Positions 19,030 through 27,156 of a stretch of DNA of 64,000 nucleotides are shown in pieces (position 1 is the stretch's first letter; every line of letters begins with the position of its first letter). Below the pieces are notes generated by a model. It was not told the DNA's origin and ran no database searches. It saw nothing but the letters and a program-made list of their open reading frames with translations. Source of the DNA: Eubacteriales bacterium (GTDB taxonomy: Bacteria > Bacillota > Clostridia > Christensenellales > UBA1750); NCBI GenBank assembly GCA_031553225.1, contig JAVBLU010000007.1:4300-68299 (forward strand), written 5' to 3'. A program made the position numbers and the translations under genes.

Positions 19030-19065
19030 CAAAGCTCCGTACGGCGTGCGCCGTACGGAGCTTTG
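19030..19065. terminator. Hairpin terminator after ilvE
   Basis: caaagctccgtacggcg-tg-cgccgtacggagctttg. Confidence 0.8.
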
Positions 19066-19069
19066 TGTC

Positions 19070-19428
19070 GGCGGCGATACGCCGATGCACCAAAGAACGC
19101 CGTATTTGTCGGTGGCGTAGCCTTACGGCGGGCTCCATGGGTATTCGTGCAAGCCATCGGTTTGGCCGTCCCGCTTCAGCGTCTCATGGGCGCGCAGCTG
19201 GGCGTCTTTGTGCGCAAAGCGCAGGCAGATGGCCACCGCGTTGCCTTTCTGTATCTCGTGCCGCGCGCGCGGCATAAGCGCCTATTTTTGCGCCCAGAGC
19301 ACCCATCTCCAGGTGGATCAGCCCGCCCTTGTCGCCGTATGCCTCGCCCGGGAGCGACGCGCCGAACGCCGCTGGTCGTGCGGAAACGAATCGTGCAGGC
19401 TGGCTGAGAAGATCAAAACGGATACCAA
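19070..19428 (-). pseudogene. Decayed VOC/PhnB-like (glyoxalase) gene
   Basis: Fragments in three frames: LVSVLIFS...DQ / AFGASL...LIHLEM / QKGNAVAICLRF...HETLKRDG...EYPWSPP*GYATDKYGVLWCIG; two frameshifts and a TAA at 19123-19125. Confidence 0.65.
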
Positions 19429-19451
19429 CCCCACCGCACCGCCCTTTCGGG

Positions 19452-20036
19452 TCAGGGTTCCCGCTCCATGGGGTTTAGGTTGAGGTTGAGGCGGCGGATG
19501 ATCTTTTCCAGGCGCCGGGCGCGCGCCTCCTCGGATTTTGCGTCAAAGTACAGGCCCGTGTAGGCGCGCTTGGCGGAGGGCGGCATGGCCATGAAGTGGG
19601 TAAACGCGGGCTCGGCCGGCTTGATCAGGTTCTCAAGCGCCATCACCTGGGCCTGTGAAATGGGCCCGGCTTCGGGGGCGTCCCACGCGCCGCTGCTTTT
19701 TGCTTCCTCTATTTTCGCACGGCCGCGGTCGGTCATCAGGCCCTGCGCTTCCAGTTCGGCAGCCAGCTTTTTGTTTTTGGGCGACCAGTTGCTGCCCTTT
19801 CTGCGCGGCGCAAAGTATTTCATGTACTTCGTTTGGTCAATGCTCTGCATTCGCCCGTCGATCCAGCCAAAGCACAGCGCCTCCTGCAGCGCCTCGCCGG
19901 CGCTCAGCGTTGCAGGGCCGGCCTGCTTGCCCAGCACCAGCCACACGCCGCCGCTCGCCGCGCCGTGCTCCGCAAGCCATGCCCGAAAATCAGCCCGGGT
20001 CGCAAACAGCATTTGCTCCAACCGGCTCGCCCCCAT
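19452..20036 (-). CDS. YdeI/OmpD-associated family protein
   Basis: FATRADFRAWL, EALCFGWIDG, F.PRRKGSNWS.KNK, GLMT..G and ARARRL; exact start uncertain (20036, 20021 or 20012). Confidence 0.9.
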   Translation of the reverse strand: MGASRLEQMLFATRADFRAWLAEHGAASGGVWLVLGKQAGPATLSAGEALQEALCFGWIDGRMQSIDQTKYMKYFAPRRKGSNWSPKNKKLAAELEAQGLMTDRGRAKIEEAKSSGAWDAPEAGPISQAQVMALENLIKPAEPAFTHFMAMPPSAKRAYTGLYFDAKSEEARARRLEKIIRRLNLNLNPMEREP

Positions 20037-20115
20037 TTGCTTCCAGTGTATCACCCGAGGCGGCCAAACACAATGGGCCGCCCGGTAGACCATGGCGCCG
20101 CCCCCACTTTTGCTC

Positions 20116-20144
20116 TTGACGGGAAGAGACCGGCGTGGTAATGT
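20116..20144 (+). promoter_or_regulatory. Probable sigmaA promoter of the leader/ABC operon
   Basis: TTGACG-17 nt-TAATGT. Confidence 0.55.
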
Positions 20145-20178
20145 AGGGATAATAAAATATGAAGGAGGTGGTGCGACG

Positions 20179-20319
20179 GTGAATATCAGGCTGACGGTGT
20201 CGGGCGGCCGCACATTCGTGAATATCGAATGCGTCGCGGGTTACACGTTCACATCCGGCGCGATGAGGGGGTATTCTGCCCAAAAATCGGTCGCGCCGCC
20301 CGACGCCAAGCCGTTTTAG
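20179..20319 (+). CDS. Putative 46-aa leader peptide (MNIRLTVSGGRTFVNIECVAGYTFTSGAMRGYSAQKSVAPPDAKPF)
   Basis: Strong RBS AAGGAGGTG ahead of a GTG start; lies between the promoter and a terminator upstream of the ABC genes. Confidence 0.6.
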   Translation: MNIRLTVSGGRTFVNIECVAGYTFTSGAMRGYSAQKSVAPPDAKPF

Positions 20320-20355
20320 GCGATCTTTGCATCGCCGTACGGGGATTGGACCAGG

Positions 20356-20388
20356 ACTGGCCGACCGTGTGTCGGCCGGTTTTTTGTT
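20356..20388 (+). terminator. Premature intrinsic terminator (attenuator) in the ABC operon leader
   Basis: actggccgac-cgtgt-gtcggccggt followed by tttttgtt, ~80 nt before the first ABC gene. Confidence 0.7.
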
Positions 20389-20465
20389 GCGAAAAAACAG
20401 CAGGTAAACCGGACGGCTCGCGGCGGTACATGGGCGGCGGCCGGGAAAAGCGAGGAAGGATCGAC

Positions 20466-21242
20466 ATGAACCGGTATTGGACGCACGGCCGCATGTGCGC
20501 GGCGCAGGCCTTCGACGGCGGCGTGTTCTATGTGTTCAGCGGCTACGCCCTGCGCGTTTTGCAGCCTGTGGTGCTCATGCTGCTGTGGCGGCAGCTTCTG
20601 TCCGGGTCGTCGCCGCCGCTGTCTCTGCGGGCGGTGCTCACCTATACGCTGTGGTCGTCGCTGCTGGCCCAGCAGCTCAACGTTCACACCACTGCCTGCG
20701 ACGATTTCTGGGACGGAAGCTTCGGCATGCGCTTCCTGCGTCCCGCGGGCGTTCTGTCGCAGGTGTTTGCCGAGACGGTCGGGCGGTGGGTTCCGGGGCT
20801 TTTGCTGTATACCCTGCCGGCTTTCGCTCTGGCGCTGCTCATCGGCATTCCGGCGGCTCCCGTAACGCCCGTGGCAGGGCTGCTCGGCGGGGCTTCCCTG
20901 CTGCTCTCCGTATCGCTTGGGTTCGCGGTGGACTTTTTGTTCATGTCGCTCTCGGTCAACTGGAAGAACGCCTCCTATCAGGCGGTCATCCTGCGCTCGG
21001 CCGTCATGAAGGTGTGCTCAGGCGCGGTCATCCCGTTTGCCGCGCTGCCCGGGGCCGTGGGCGCGGTGCTCTCCTGCCTTCCGTTTGGCGCGCTGGCGGG
21101 CGCTCCGCTGTCCATCTACGCGGGGCTGTCCGCCCCGCTGCAGCCCATCCTGCTGCAGGTTTTCTGGAACGCCGCGCTGTGGCCGCTGGCGCTTTATTGC
21201 GTGCGACGCAGCGAGGAAAAGCTGGTGAGTTTCGGTGGATAG
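20466..21242 (+). CDS. ABC-2 family exporter permease (DUF990/EvrB-like)
   Basis: Six TM-like segments, FWDGSFGMRFLRP motif, GAVIPF; partner of the next two genes. Confidence 0.85.
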   Translation: MNRYWTHGRMCAAQAFDGGVFYVFSGYALRVLQPVVLMLLWRQLLSGSSPPLSLRAVLTYTLWSSLLAQQLNVHTTACDDFWDGSFGMRFLRPAGVLSQVFAETVGRWVPGLLLYTLPAFALALLIGIPAAPVTPVAGLLGGASLLLSVSLGFAVDFLFMSLSVNWKNASYQAVILRSAVMKVCSGAVIPFAALPGAVGAVLSCLPFGALAGAPLSIYAGLSAPLQPILLQVFWNAALWPLALYCVRRSEEKLVSFGG

Positions 21243-22086
21243 GCTTTTGTGGATCGGCCGGCGCTACGGCCAGCTGATGGGCCTGAAAGCGCGCATGGAC
21301 CTTGCGTGGTACCTGCGCGACCGGCGCGTGGTGCTCATCTGCATGGGCACGGACGCCGTTTCCGCCGTGGCGTCGGTGATGGCGGTGTACTTTCTGGCCG
21401 AGCGCTTCGACGGGCTGTGCGGCCTTACGCGGCCGCAGGTGTTGTTTATGCTCGGGTTCGGGCTGCTCATCGAGGGACTGCGCATGGTGTTCTTTGGCAA
21501 CGACAACGCCAGCGCGCCCTCGCGGCGCTTCGGACGGGGCCAGGTGGACCACATGCTGATGCAGCCCGTGCCCGTTTGGCTGCAGCTGATCACCGACGGC
21601 TTTGCGCCCGTCACCAGCCTGGCCGTGTTCCTGTCGGGCGCGGCGTTTACCGCCTGGGCCATCCATCAGCTGGCCCTGCCGCTGAGCATCCTGTGGTGGG
21701 CGCGGTTTGCCGGGCAGCTTGTGAGCGCGCTGGGCGTGCTGATGGGCTTCACCTACCTCACGTCCGTACCGGCGTTCTACGCGCCCGTGGCCGCGGAGGA
21801 AATCTCCTCCACCGTTGGGAGCTTCTTCAGCTCGCTCAAGCCCTTCCCACTGGGCGGCCTGGGCGGGGGCGCGCGGTTTTTGCTCACGGTTTTGCTGCCC
21901 GTCGGTCTAACGGCCTGGTACCCCGCCAGCGCTCTGCTGACGCCCGCGCACCCGCTGCAGCTGTGGGCCGCGCCCGCCATGGCGCTGGCGCTCATCGCCG
22001 CGAGCGCATTCTTCCTACGAAAGGGGCTTGACCATTATGTCCGCGTCGGTTCGCCGCGCTACTCGCGCAGGGGATTTCGCAATTGA
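21235..22086 (+). CDS. ABC-2 family exporter permease (DUF990/EvrC-like)
   Basis: GQVDHMLMQP motif, multiple TM helices, YPASALL. Confidence 0.85.
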   Translation: MDRLLWIGRRYGQLMGLKARMDLAWYLRDRRVVLICMGTDAVSAVASVMAVYFLAERFDGLCGLTRPQVLFMLGFGLLIEGLRMVFFGNDNASAPSRRFGRGQVDHMLMQPVPVWLQLITDGFAPVTSLAVFLSGAAFTAWAIHQLALPLSILWWARFAGQLVSALGVLMGFTYLTSVPAFYAPVAAEEISSTVGSFFSSLKPFPLGGLGGGARFLLTVLLPVGLTAWYPASALLTPAHPLQLWAAPAMALALIAASAFFLRKGLDHYVRVGSPRYSRRGFRN

Positions 22087-22918
22087 ACTGTCGCACCTGA
22101 CCAAAACGTATGCGCAGTGGCAGCGCAGCTTTCGCTTGAAGGATTTGGGCCGCAGCCTTCTGCGGCCGCAGACCAGGGAAGTACACGCCCTGCAGGACGT
22201 GAGCCTCACCGTGCGGCGCGGCGAGTTTGTGGCCTACGCGGGCCCGAACGGCGCGGGCAAATCCACCACCATGAAGCTGCTCAGCGGCATGCTCGCCCCC
22301 ACGAGCGGGGACGCCTACGCACTTGGCCTGCACCCGCGAAAGGCGCGCATCCAGCTGATGAAGCGCGCGGGCGTGTTGTTTGGCCAGCGCTCGGAGCTGT
22401 GGTGGGACCACCCGGTGGCCATGAGCTTTGAGTGGAAGCGCACGGTGTGGGACATCCCGCAGCACACCTACGAGCGCATGCGCGCCATGGTATGCGAGCT
22501 GCTGGGCCTTGGCCCCCTTATGCAAACCTTTGCCCGGGAGTTGTCGCTGGGCCAGCGCATGCGCTGTGATCTGGGCCTTCTGTTGCTGCACGAGCCGGAG
22601 CTGCTTTTGCTGGACGAACCCACGCTTGGCCTGGACGTGCTCGCCAAGCAGCAGCTGATCGCCTTTTTGAAGCACCTCCACAGGGAGGACGGCGTCACCA
22701 TCCTCGTCACCTCGCACGACATGGACGACCTGCAGGAGATGGCGCAGCGCCTTATTCTCATATCCGGCGGACGCATCGCCTTTGACGGCACGTTTGACGC
22801 GCTGCGCGGCGCAGCGCCCGCGCCGCTCACCGTGGAGCAAACCGTAACGCGCGGCGCGCCCATCGAGCAGGTCATCGCCTCGCTGTACCAGCGCTGGGCC
22901 AGCGAAGCCGCCACGTAG
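22037..22918 (+). CDS. ABC exporter ATP-binding protein (EvrA/COG4586-like)
   Basis: GPNGAGKST Walker A, LSLGQRMR signature, LLLLDEPT and VTSHDM; FGQRSELWWD family motif. Confidence 0.92.
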   Translation: MSASVRRATRAGDFAIELSHLTKTYAQWQRSFRLKDLGRSLLRPQTREVHALQDVSLTVRRGEFVAYAGPNGAGKSTTMKLLSGMLAPTSGDAYALGLHPRKARIQLMKRAGVLFGQRSELWWDHPVAMSFEWKRTVWDIPQHTYERMRAMVCELLGLGPLMQTFARELSLGQRMRCDLGLLLLHEPELLLLDEPTLGLDVLAKQQLIAFLKHLHREDGVTILVTSHDMDDLQEMAQRLILISGGRIAFDGTFDALRGAAPAPLTVEQTVTRGAPIEQVIASLYQRWASEAAT

Positions 22919-23060
22919 CCCGCCCCGCAACGACCAAAACCCCGCTTCGCGCATTTTGCGGCGGTCTGACCTGCGCCCCCCCTTCCCGGCGCGCGCCACG
23001 CGGCAAACCGCCGTGCGCGCCGCCAACTTGCGCCATTCGCCGCACGCCTCGCCGACACGC

Positions 23061-23099
23061 CGAAGGCCCGGCGGCGCTTACAGCGCCGCCGGGCCTTCG
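23061..23099. terminator. Long GC hairpin between convergent operons
   Basis: cgaaggcccggcggcgct-tac-agcgccgccgggccttcg. Confidence 0.75.
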
Positions 23100-23248
23100 C
23101 ATATTGAATCTTTGGTCCGCCCGCCCGTGGGAAACCGCTCTCCATTCCCCGTGCAGGATCCAAGGGACGCAATCTCCCGGCGGGTGGGCGGAGGGCTACG
23201 CCTTTCGCGCTGCGCAGCCGCTTCCGCGCCCTGTAACCCGCCGCGCCT

Positions 23249-25357
23249 CTATCCCCGCTCGGCGATGCGCGCGTTTGCGTGAATATGGCCGCCGCAGGAG
23301 CCTAAGATCCCGTCGATGACGGCGTTGGGCCCGATGTCGCCGTCCACGCGCCCAACGTTGCCGCGTACGCGCCCGTTGAAGCAGCCGCAGACGCGCTCGA
23401 CATTGCCGCCCACGCGGCCGTCCAGATCGCCTTTGATGACGCCCTTCACGTGACGGCCCACGTTGCCGCGCAGGGCGCCGCATACGTCGCCTTCCACATC
23501 GCCGCCCACGTTGCCGGTCAGATCGGCCTTCACGGATCCCCTCACGCTGCCGCCTACGTTGCCGCGCAGGCACCCGCCTATGTCGCCCTCCACGTTGCCG
23601 CCTACGCTGCCCAGCAGATCGCCCTTGACGCAGCCCTTGACGGAGCCGCCCATAGACCCGCTCATGATGCCGCCGATGTCGCCGTGTACGCTGCCGCCCA
23701 TTCGGCCTGCCATGTCGCCTCCGACGGATCCGCGCACATCGCCTCCAACCGCACCCACAATGCGGCCTTGCACGTTGCCCATAACCGACCCGGCCACCAT
23801 GCCCAGAAGGTCGCCGTCGATCTGCGGGAGATTGCCCGTTGTGTTGCCGGAGAAATGGCCGCCATCGTAGCGCGCGTTGGGCGTGTTGTGCAGGTGTGGG
23901 CCGCCGACGGCGCCGTGGAAGGGGAAACCTTCGCCCAGGCTGATGCGGATGTCCGGATGGACGTGCGCGTGGACCGGCCCGTGGCGGCGGCCCTCGCCTT
24001 CACGGCCGAAGAGCTCCACGCCCTCCGGGAACCCGCCGCCAATTTTGGCGCTGCGGTGAATGCGCCCTTCGCAGACTGCAAGCTTGCCATCAATAGTCGC
24101 CTCCGGTCCGATGTCGCCGCATACGCAGCCTACGTTTCCTTTTATTTTGCCGTTCAGGCACCCGCCGATGCGGGACACGTCGCTCTCTACAACGCCGTTC
24201 ACGTCGCCGTCGATCTCACCTGACACGCATTTCACGCGGCCGTTTACATCGCCTTCGATGCGGCCCTTCACCGTACCGCTCACAACGCCGTTCAGCTCGC
24301 CCTGTATGCTGCCGGTCACGTCGCCGCTCACCCGGCCGTTCAGATCGCCCTCGACGTTCCCTTCCACCGATCCGCCCACGATGCCGTTCAGATCACCCAT
24401 CACGTTGCCCTGAACCGCCAGACCCACCTTGCCGTTCAGGTCGCCGTGCAGGCTGCCCTTGAGCTCCTGAGCGACGATGCCGTTCAAGTCGCCGCAGACC
24501 TTGCCTTCCAGATAACCGCCGACTTTGCCGTTCAGGTCGCCGCAAACGTCGCCCTTCATGCAGCCGCCGATCGTGCCGTTTAGATCGCCGAGCACGTTGC
24601 CTTCCATATGGCCGGCGATTTTGCCGTTCATATCGGCGGAAACGTCGCCCTTCATATTGCCCAGAACCTGGCCGTCCAGATCGCCGGCTGCGTTGCCGTT
24701 CAGGTCGCCCTGCACAACCCCGTCGAAGCTTTCGGGCAGATCGCCTTGCATATCGCCGGAAATGAGATTCCCTTTGCGTTCGGCGCGCTCTTGCTGGCGC
24801 ATGCCGTGGCGCGCATGGCGCATGGCTCTGCCCGCTTCGCGTGCCGCGTCGCGGCCGATACGGGCGGCCTCGTGGGCGGCTCGCGCGGCCTCGCGGCCCA
24901 TCTCGTGCATGCTCTGATGGAAGTCCTGGCGGAAGTCCTCTTCCTCCCGCTCCTCACTCCGCACCGGCGGCACCGGCGGAACGGGAGGTACCGGCGGGAC
25001 CGGAGGCACGGGCGGGACCGGAGGCACGGGCGGAGAGGGCGGTGCGCTCGGTTCGGCCTGCCCGGGCGCGTCCTTGCGCTGCTGAAAGCCCCGCTTCATG
25101 TTTTGGGCCAGATCGCGGGCCATATCGCCCACATCGCGGCCAAAGCGCCCCATGTCGCGTCCGAACTTGTCCATATCCACGTAGAAGCCGGAACCGCGCT
25201 TCTTCTCGTTCTCCGGCCAGGGTTTTTTCGCGTCGGCCTGCTCCCATGCGGCGTCCTCGGGCTTGCCCTGCATGGCGGAGATCAGCTTATCCGCTTCCTC
25301 GGCGGAGAGGCGGCCCGCCTGCACTTCCTCCAGTATCTTTTTTAGCTGCTCATTCAT
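23249..25357 (-). CDS. 702-aa repeat protein: SHOCT/YvlB-like N-terminus, (PPV)8 linker, two Gly-rich tetrapeptide-repeat domains
   Basis: MNEQLKKILEEVQAGRLSAEEADKLISAM start; RBS GGAGGAGAAGG; ATG overlaps the DUF2089 stop; G-x-[VILM]-x repeats at 24032-24772 and 23249-23863. Confidence 0.85.
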   Translation of the reverse strand: MNEQLKKILEEVQAGRLSAEEADKLISAMQGKPEDAAWEQADAKKPWPENEKKRGSGFYVDMDKFGRDMGRFGRDVGDMARDLAQNMKRGFQQRKDAPGQAEPSAPPSPPVPPVPPVPPVPPVPPVPPVPPVRSEEREEEDFRQDFHQSMHEMGREAARAAHEAARIGRDAAREAGRAMRHARHGMRQQERAERKGNLISGDMQGDLPESFDGVVQGDLNGNAAGDLDGQVLGNMKGDVSADMNGKIAGHMEGNVLGDLNGTIGGCMKGDVCGDLNGKVGGYLEGKVCGDLNGIVAQELKGSLHGDLNGKVGLAVQGNVMGDLNGIVGGSVEGNVEGDLNGRVSGDVTGSIQGELNGVVSGTVKGRIEGDVNGRVKCVSGEIDGDVNGVVESDVSRIGGCLNGKIKGNVGCVCGDIGPEATIDGKLAVCEGRIHRSAKIGGGFPEGVELFGREGEGRRHGPVHAHVHPDIRISLGEGFPFHGAVGGPHLHNTPNARYDGGHFSGNTTGNLPQIDGDLLGMVAGSVMGNVQGRIVGAVGGDVRGSVGGDMAGRMGGSVHGDIGGIMSGSMGGSVKGCVKGDLLGSVGGNVEGDIGGCLRGNVGGSVRGSVKADLTGNVGGDVEGDVCGALRGNVGRHVKGVIKGDLDGRVGGNVERVCGCFNGRVRGNVGRVDGDIGPNAVIDGILGSCGGHIHANARIAERG
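24962..25033 (-). repeat. Eight tandem 9-bp units encoding (Pro-Pro-Val)8
   Basis: Units caccggcgg, caccggcgg, aacgggagg, taccggcgg, gaccggagg, cacgggcgg, gaccggagg, cacgggcgg, with synonymous variation. Confidence 0.95.
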
Positions 25358-25718
25358 GGTCCTTCTCCTCCGTCGTCAGCATGTTTAAGGCTTCCGTCAC
25401 ATCTATTTCGCCGTTTTGCAGGCGCTGCAGCGCGTCGCGCCGGGCGTTGACGGCGGGCTGGCCCAGGGCCTGGGCGATGTCGTCCAGACGGGCGCGCACA
25501 GTGGGATAGCTGATCCCCAGTTCCTTCTCCATATCGCGGATGTTGCCGCGGCAGCGGATGAAGCTGACGACGAAATCCTTTTGCGCTTCGTTTAAGGTGG
25601 CGAAACGGTCGACGGCGAACTCCCCTTCGATGGCCGTCCTGCAGGCGGGGCAGCGAAGTCGTTCAACCCGCAGACCGGACGCGCAGACGGGACAGGCGGA
25701 AATTGTGGCGTTTGGCAT
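25350..25718 (-). CDS. DUF2089-family Zn-ribbon/HTH protein
   Basis: CPVC...LRCPACRTAIEGEF and F...RGNIRDMEKELGISYPTVRARLD. Confidence 0.93.
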   Translation of the reverse strand: MPNATISACPVCASGLRVERLRCPACRTAIEGEFAVDRFATLNEAQKDFVVSFIRCRGNIRDMEKELGISYPTVRARLDDIAQALGQPAVNARRDALQRLQNGEIDVTEALNMLTTEEKDHE

Positions 25719-25950
25719 GCGAATCACTTTCCTTTTCCATTTGGTTTACGCCATTATCTTAGCACACGTCTAATAAAAGTCAATAGTCAAATTGAAATAT
25801 TCAATATTTATTTTGCAAGATCATGAAATTGCAATTCATAGTCATTCAAATTTCATTTAGTGAGATATTTTTTGTTCACATGGAGGACTTTTGCAGCTTG
25901 TATCGAATAGTCTTTCTTTATATCATGGGATATCGAGGAGGTCGTTGTAC

Positions 25951-27141
25951 ATGCAGCTGTCCAAGCGGGTAGCGGGCATCGCCCCGTCCATCACCCTGGA
26001 GATAGATGCCAAGGCGAAGGCCATGCAGGCGCAGGGCCTGGACGTGGTGGGCTTTGGGGCCGGCGAGCCGGACTTTGCCACCCCGTCCTTTATTCGGGAG
26101 GCAGGCAAGCAGGCCATCGACGCCGGCAAAACGAAATACACGCCCGCGTCCGGCGCGCCGGACCTGCGCGCCGCCGTGTGCGAGAAGCTGGCGCGCGACA
26201 ACGCTCTTGCCTACAAGCCCGAGCAGATCATCATCTCCAGCGGCGCGAAGCACTCGCTCTTCAACGCGTTCCAGGCGCTGATCAACGAAGGCGACGAGGT
26301 GATCATCCCCTCGCCCTGTTGGGTGAGCTATCCGGAGATGGTGCGTATGGCGGGCGGCGTGCCCGTGTTCGTGCCCGGCCTTGAGTGTGACGACTTCAAA
26401 CCCACCATCCAGGCAATCGCCGCGGCCGTGTCCCCCCGCACGCGCGCCTTCGTTCTGAACACGCCCAACAACCCCAACGGCCACGTGTACACGGCCGCCG
26501 AGCTCGCGGCCATCGCCGGCCTCGCCGCCACGCACGATTTCACCGTCGTATCCGACGAGATTTACGAGCTGCTCACCTATGATGGCGACTGCCCGCCCTC
26601 CATCGCCACGCTTCCGGGCATGATCGAGCGCACGGTGGTGGTCAACGGCGTGTCCAAGGCCTACGCCATGACCGGCTGGCGCATCGGGTACACGGCCTCG
26701 CCGCTGCCGCTTGCCAAGGCCATGGGCAACTTCCAAAGCCACGCCACTTCCGCCCCCGCCACCATGTGCCAGGCTGCGGCCACCGCGGCCCTGCGCGGGT
26801 CCATGGACGAGGCCATCGCCATGAAGGCCGAGTTCGACCGCCGCCGCCGCCTCATCCATGGCCTGATCAACGCCGTCCCCGGCCTTTCCGCCCGCTTGCC
26901 AGCCGGTGCGTTTTATATTATGATGAACATATCCGCCGTTTTGGGCAAAAGCTACGAAGGGCGCGCCATCAAGGGCTCCATGGATTTTGCAGACGCCCTG
27001 CTGCAGGGCGAGCAGTGCGCCGTGGTGCCCGGCCTTGCCTTTGAAGCCGACGCCTACTGCCGCCTGTCCTACGCCACCTCATTACAAAACATCGAAAAGG
27101 GCCTTGCCCGCATCGCCGCTTTTGTGGGCAAACTGAAATAG
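25951..27141 (+). CDS. Class I PLP aminotransferase (aspartate aminotransferase-like)
   Basis: GAGEPDF, SGAKHSL, NTPNNPNG, SDEIYE, NGVSKAYAMTGWRIGY and GAFY. Confidence 0.93.
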   Translation: MQLSKRVAGIAPSITLEIDAKAKAMQAQGLDVVGFGAGEPDFATPSFIREAGKQAIDAGKTKYTPASGAPDLRAAVCEKLARDNALAYKPEQIIISSGAKHSLFNAFQALINEGDEVIIPSPCWVSYPEMVRMAGGVPVFVPGLECDDFKPTIQAIAAAVSPRTRAFVLNTPNNPNGHVYTAAELAAIAGLAATHDFTVVSDEIYELLTYDGDCPPSIATLPGMIERTVVVNGVSKAYAMTGWRIGYTASPLPLAKAMGNFQSHATSAPATMCQAAATAALRGSMDEAIAMKAEFDRRRRLIHGLINAVPGLSARLPAGAFYIMMNISAVLGKSYEGRAIKGSMDFADALLQGEQCAVVPGLAFEADAYCRLSYATSLQNIEKGLARIAAFVGKLK

Positions 27142-27156
27142 GAAGGATGTGTAGAA

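Noticed and set aside
23249-24772. Collagen-like or classical bactofilin assignment of the Gly-rich protein
   Set aside because: Gly recurs every 4 residues, not every 3 as in collagen, and there is no ~6-residue bactofilin pattern; remote similarity is not excluded without an HMM search.
24962-25033. Short tandem repeats as a CRISPR array
   Set aside because: They are 9-bp coding units with no spacers; no cas genes or repeat-spacer arrays were seen anywhere in the window.
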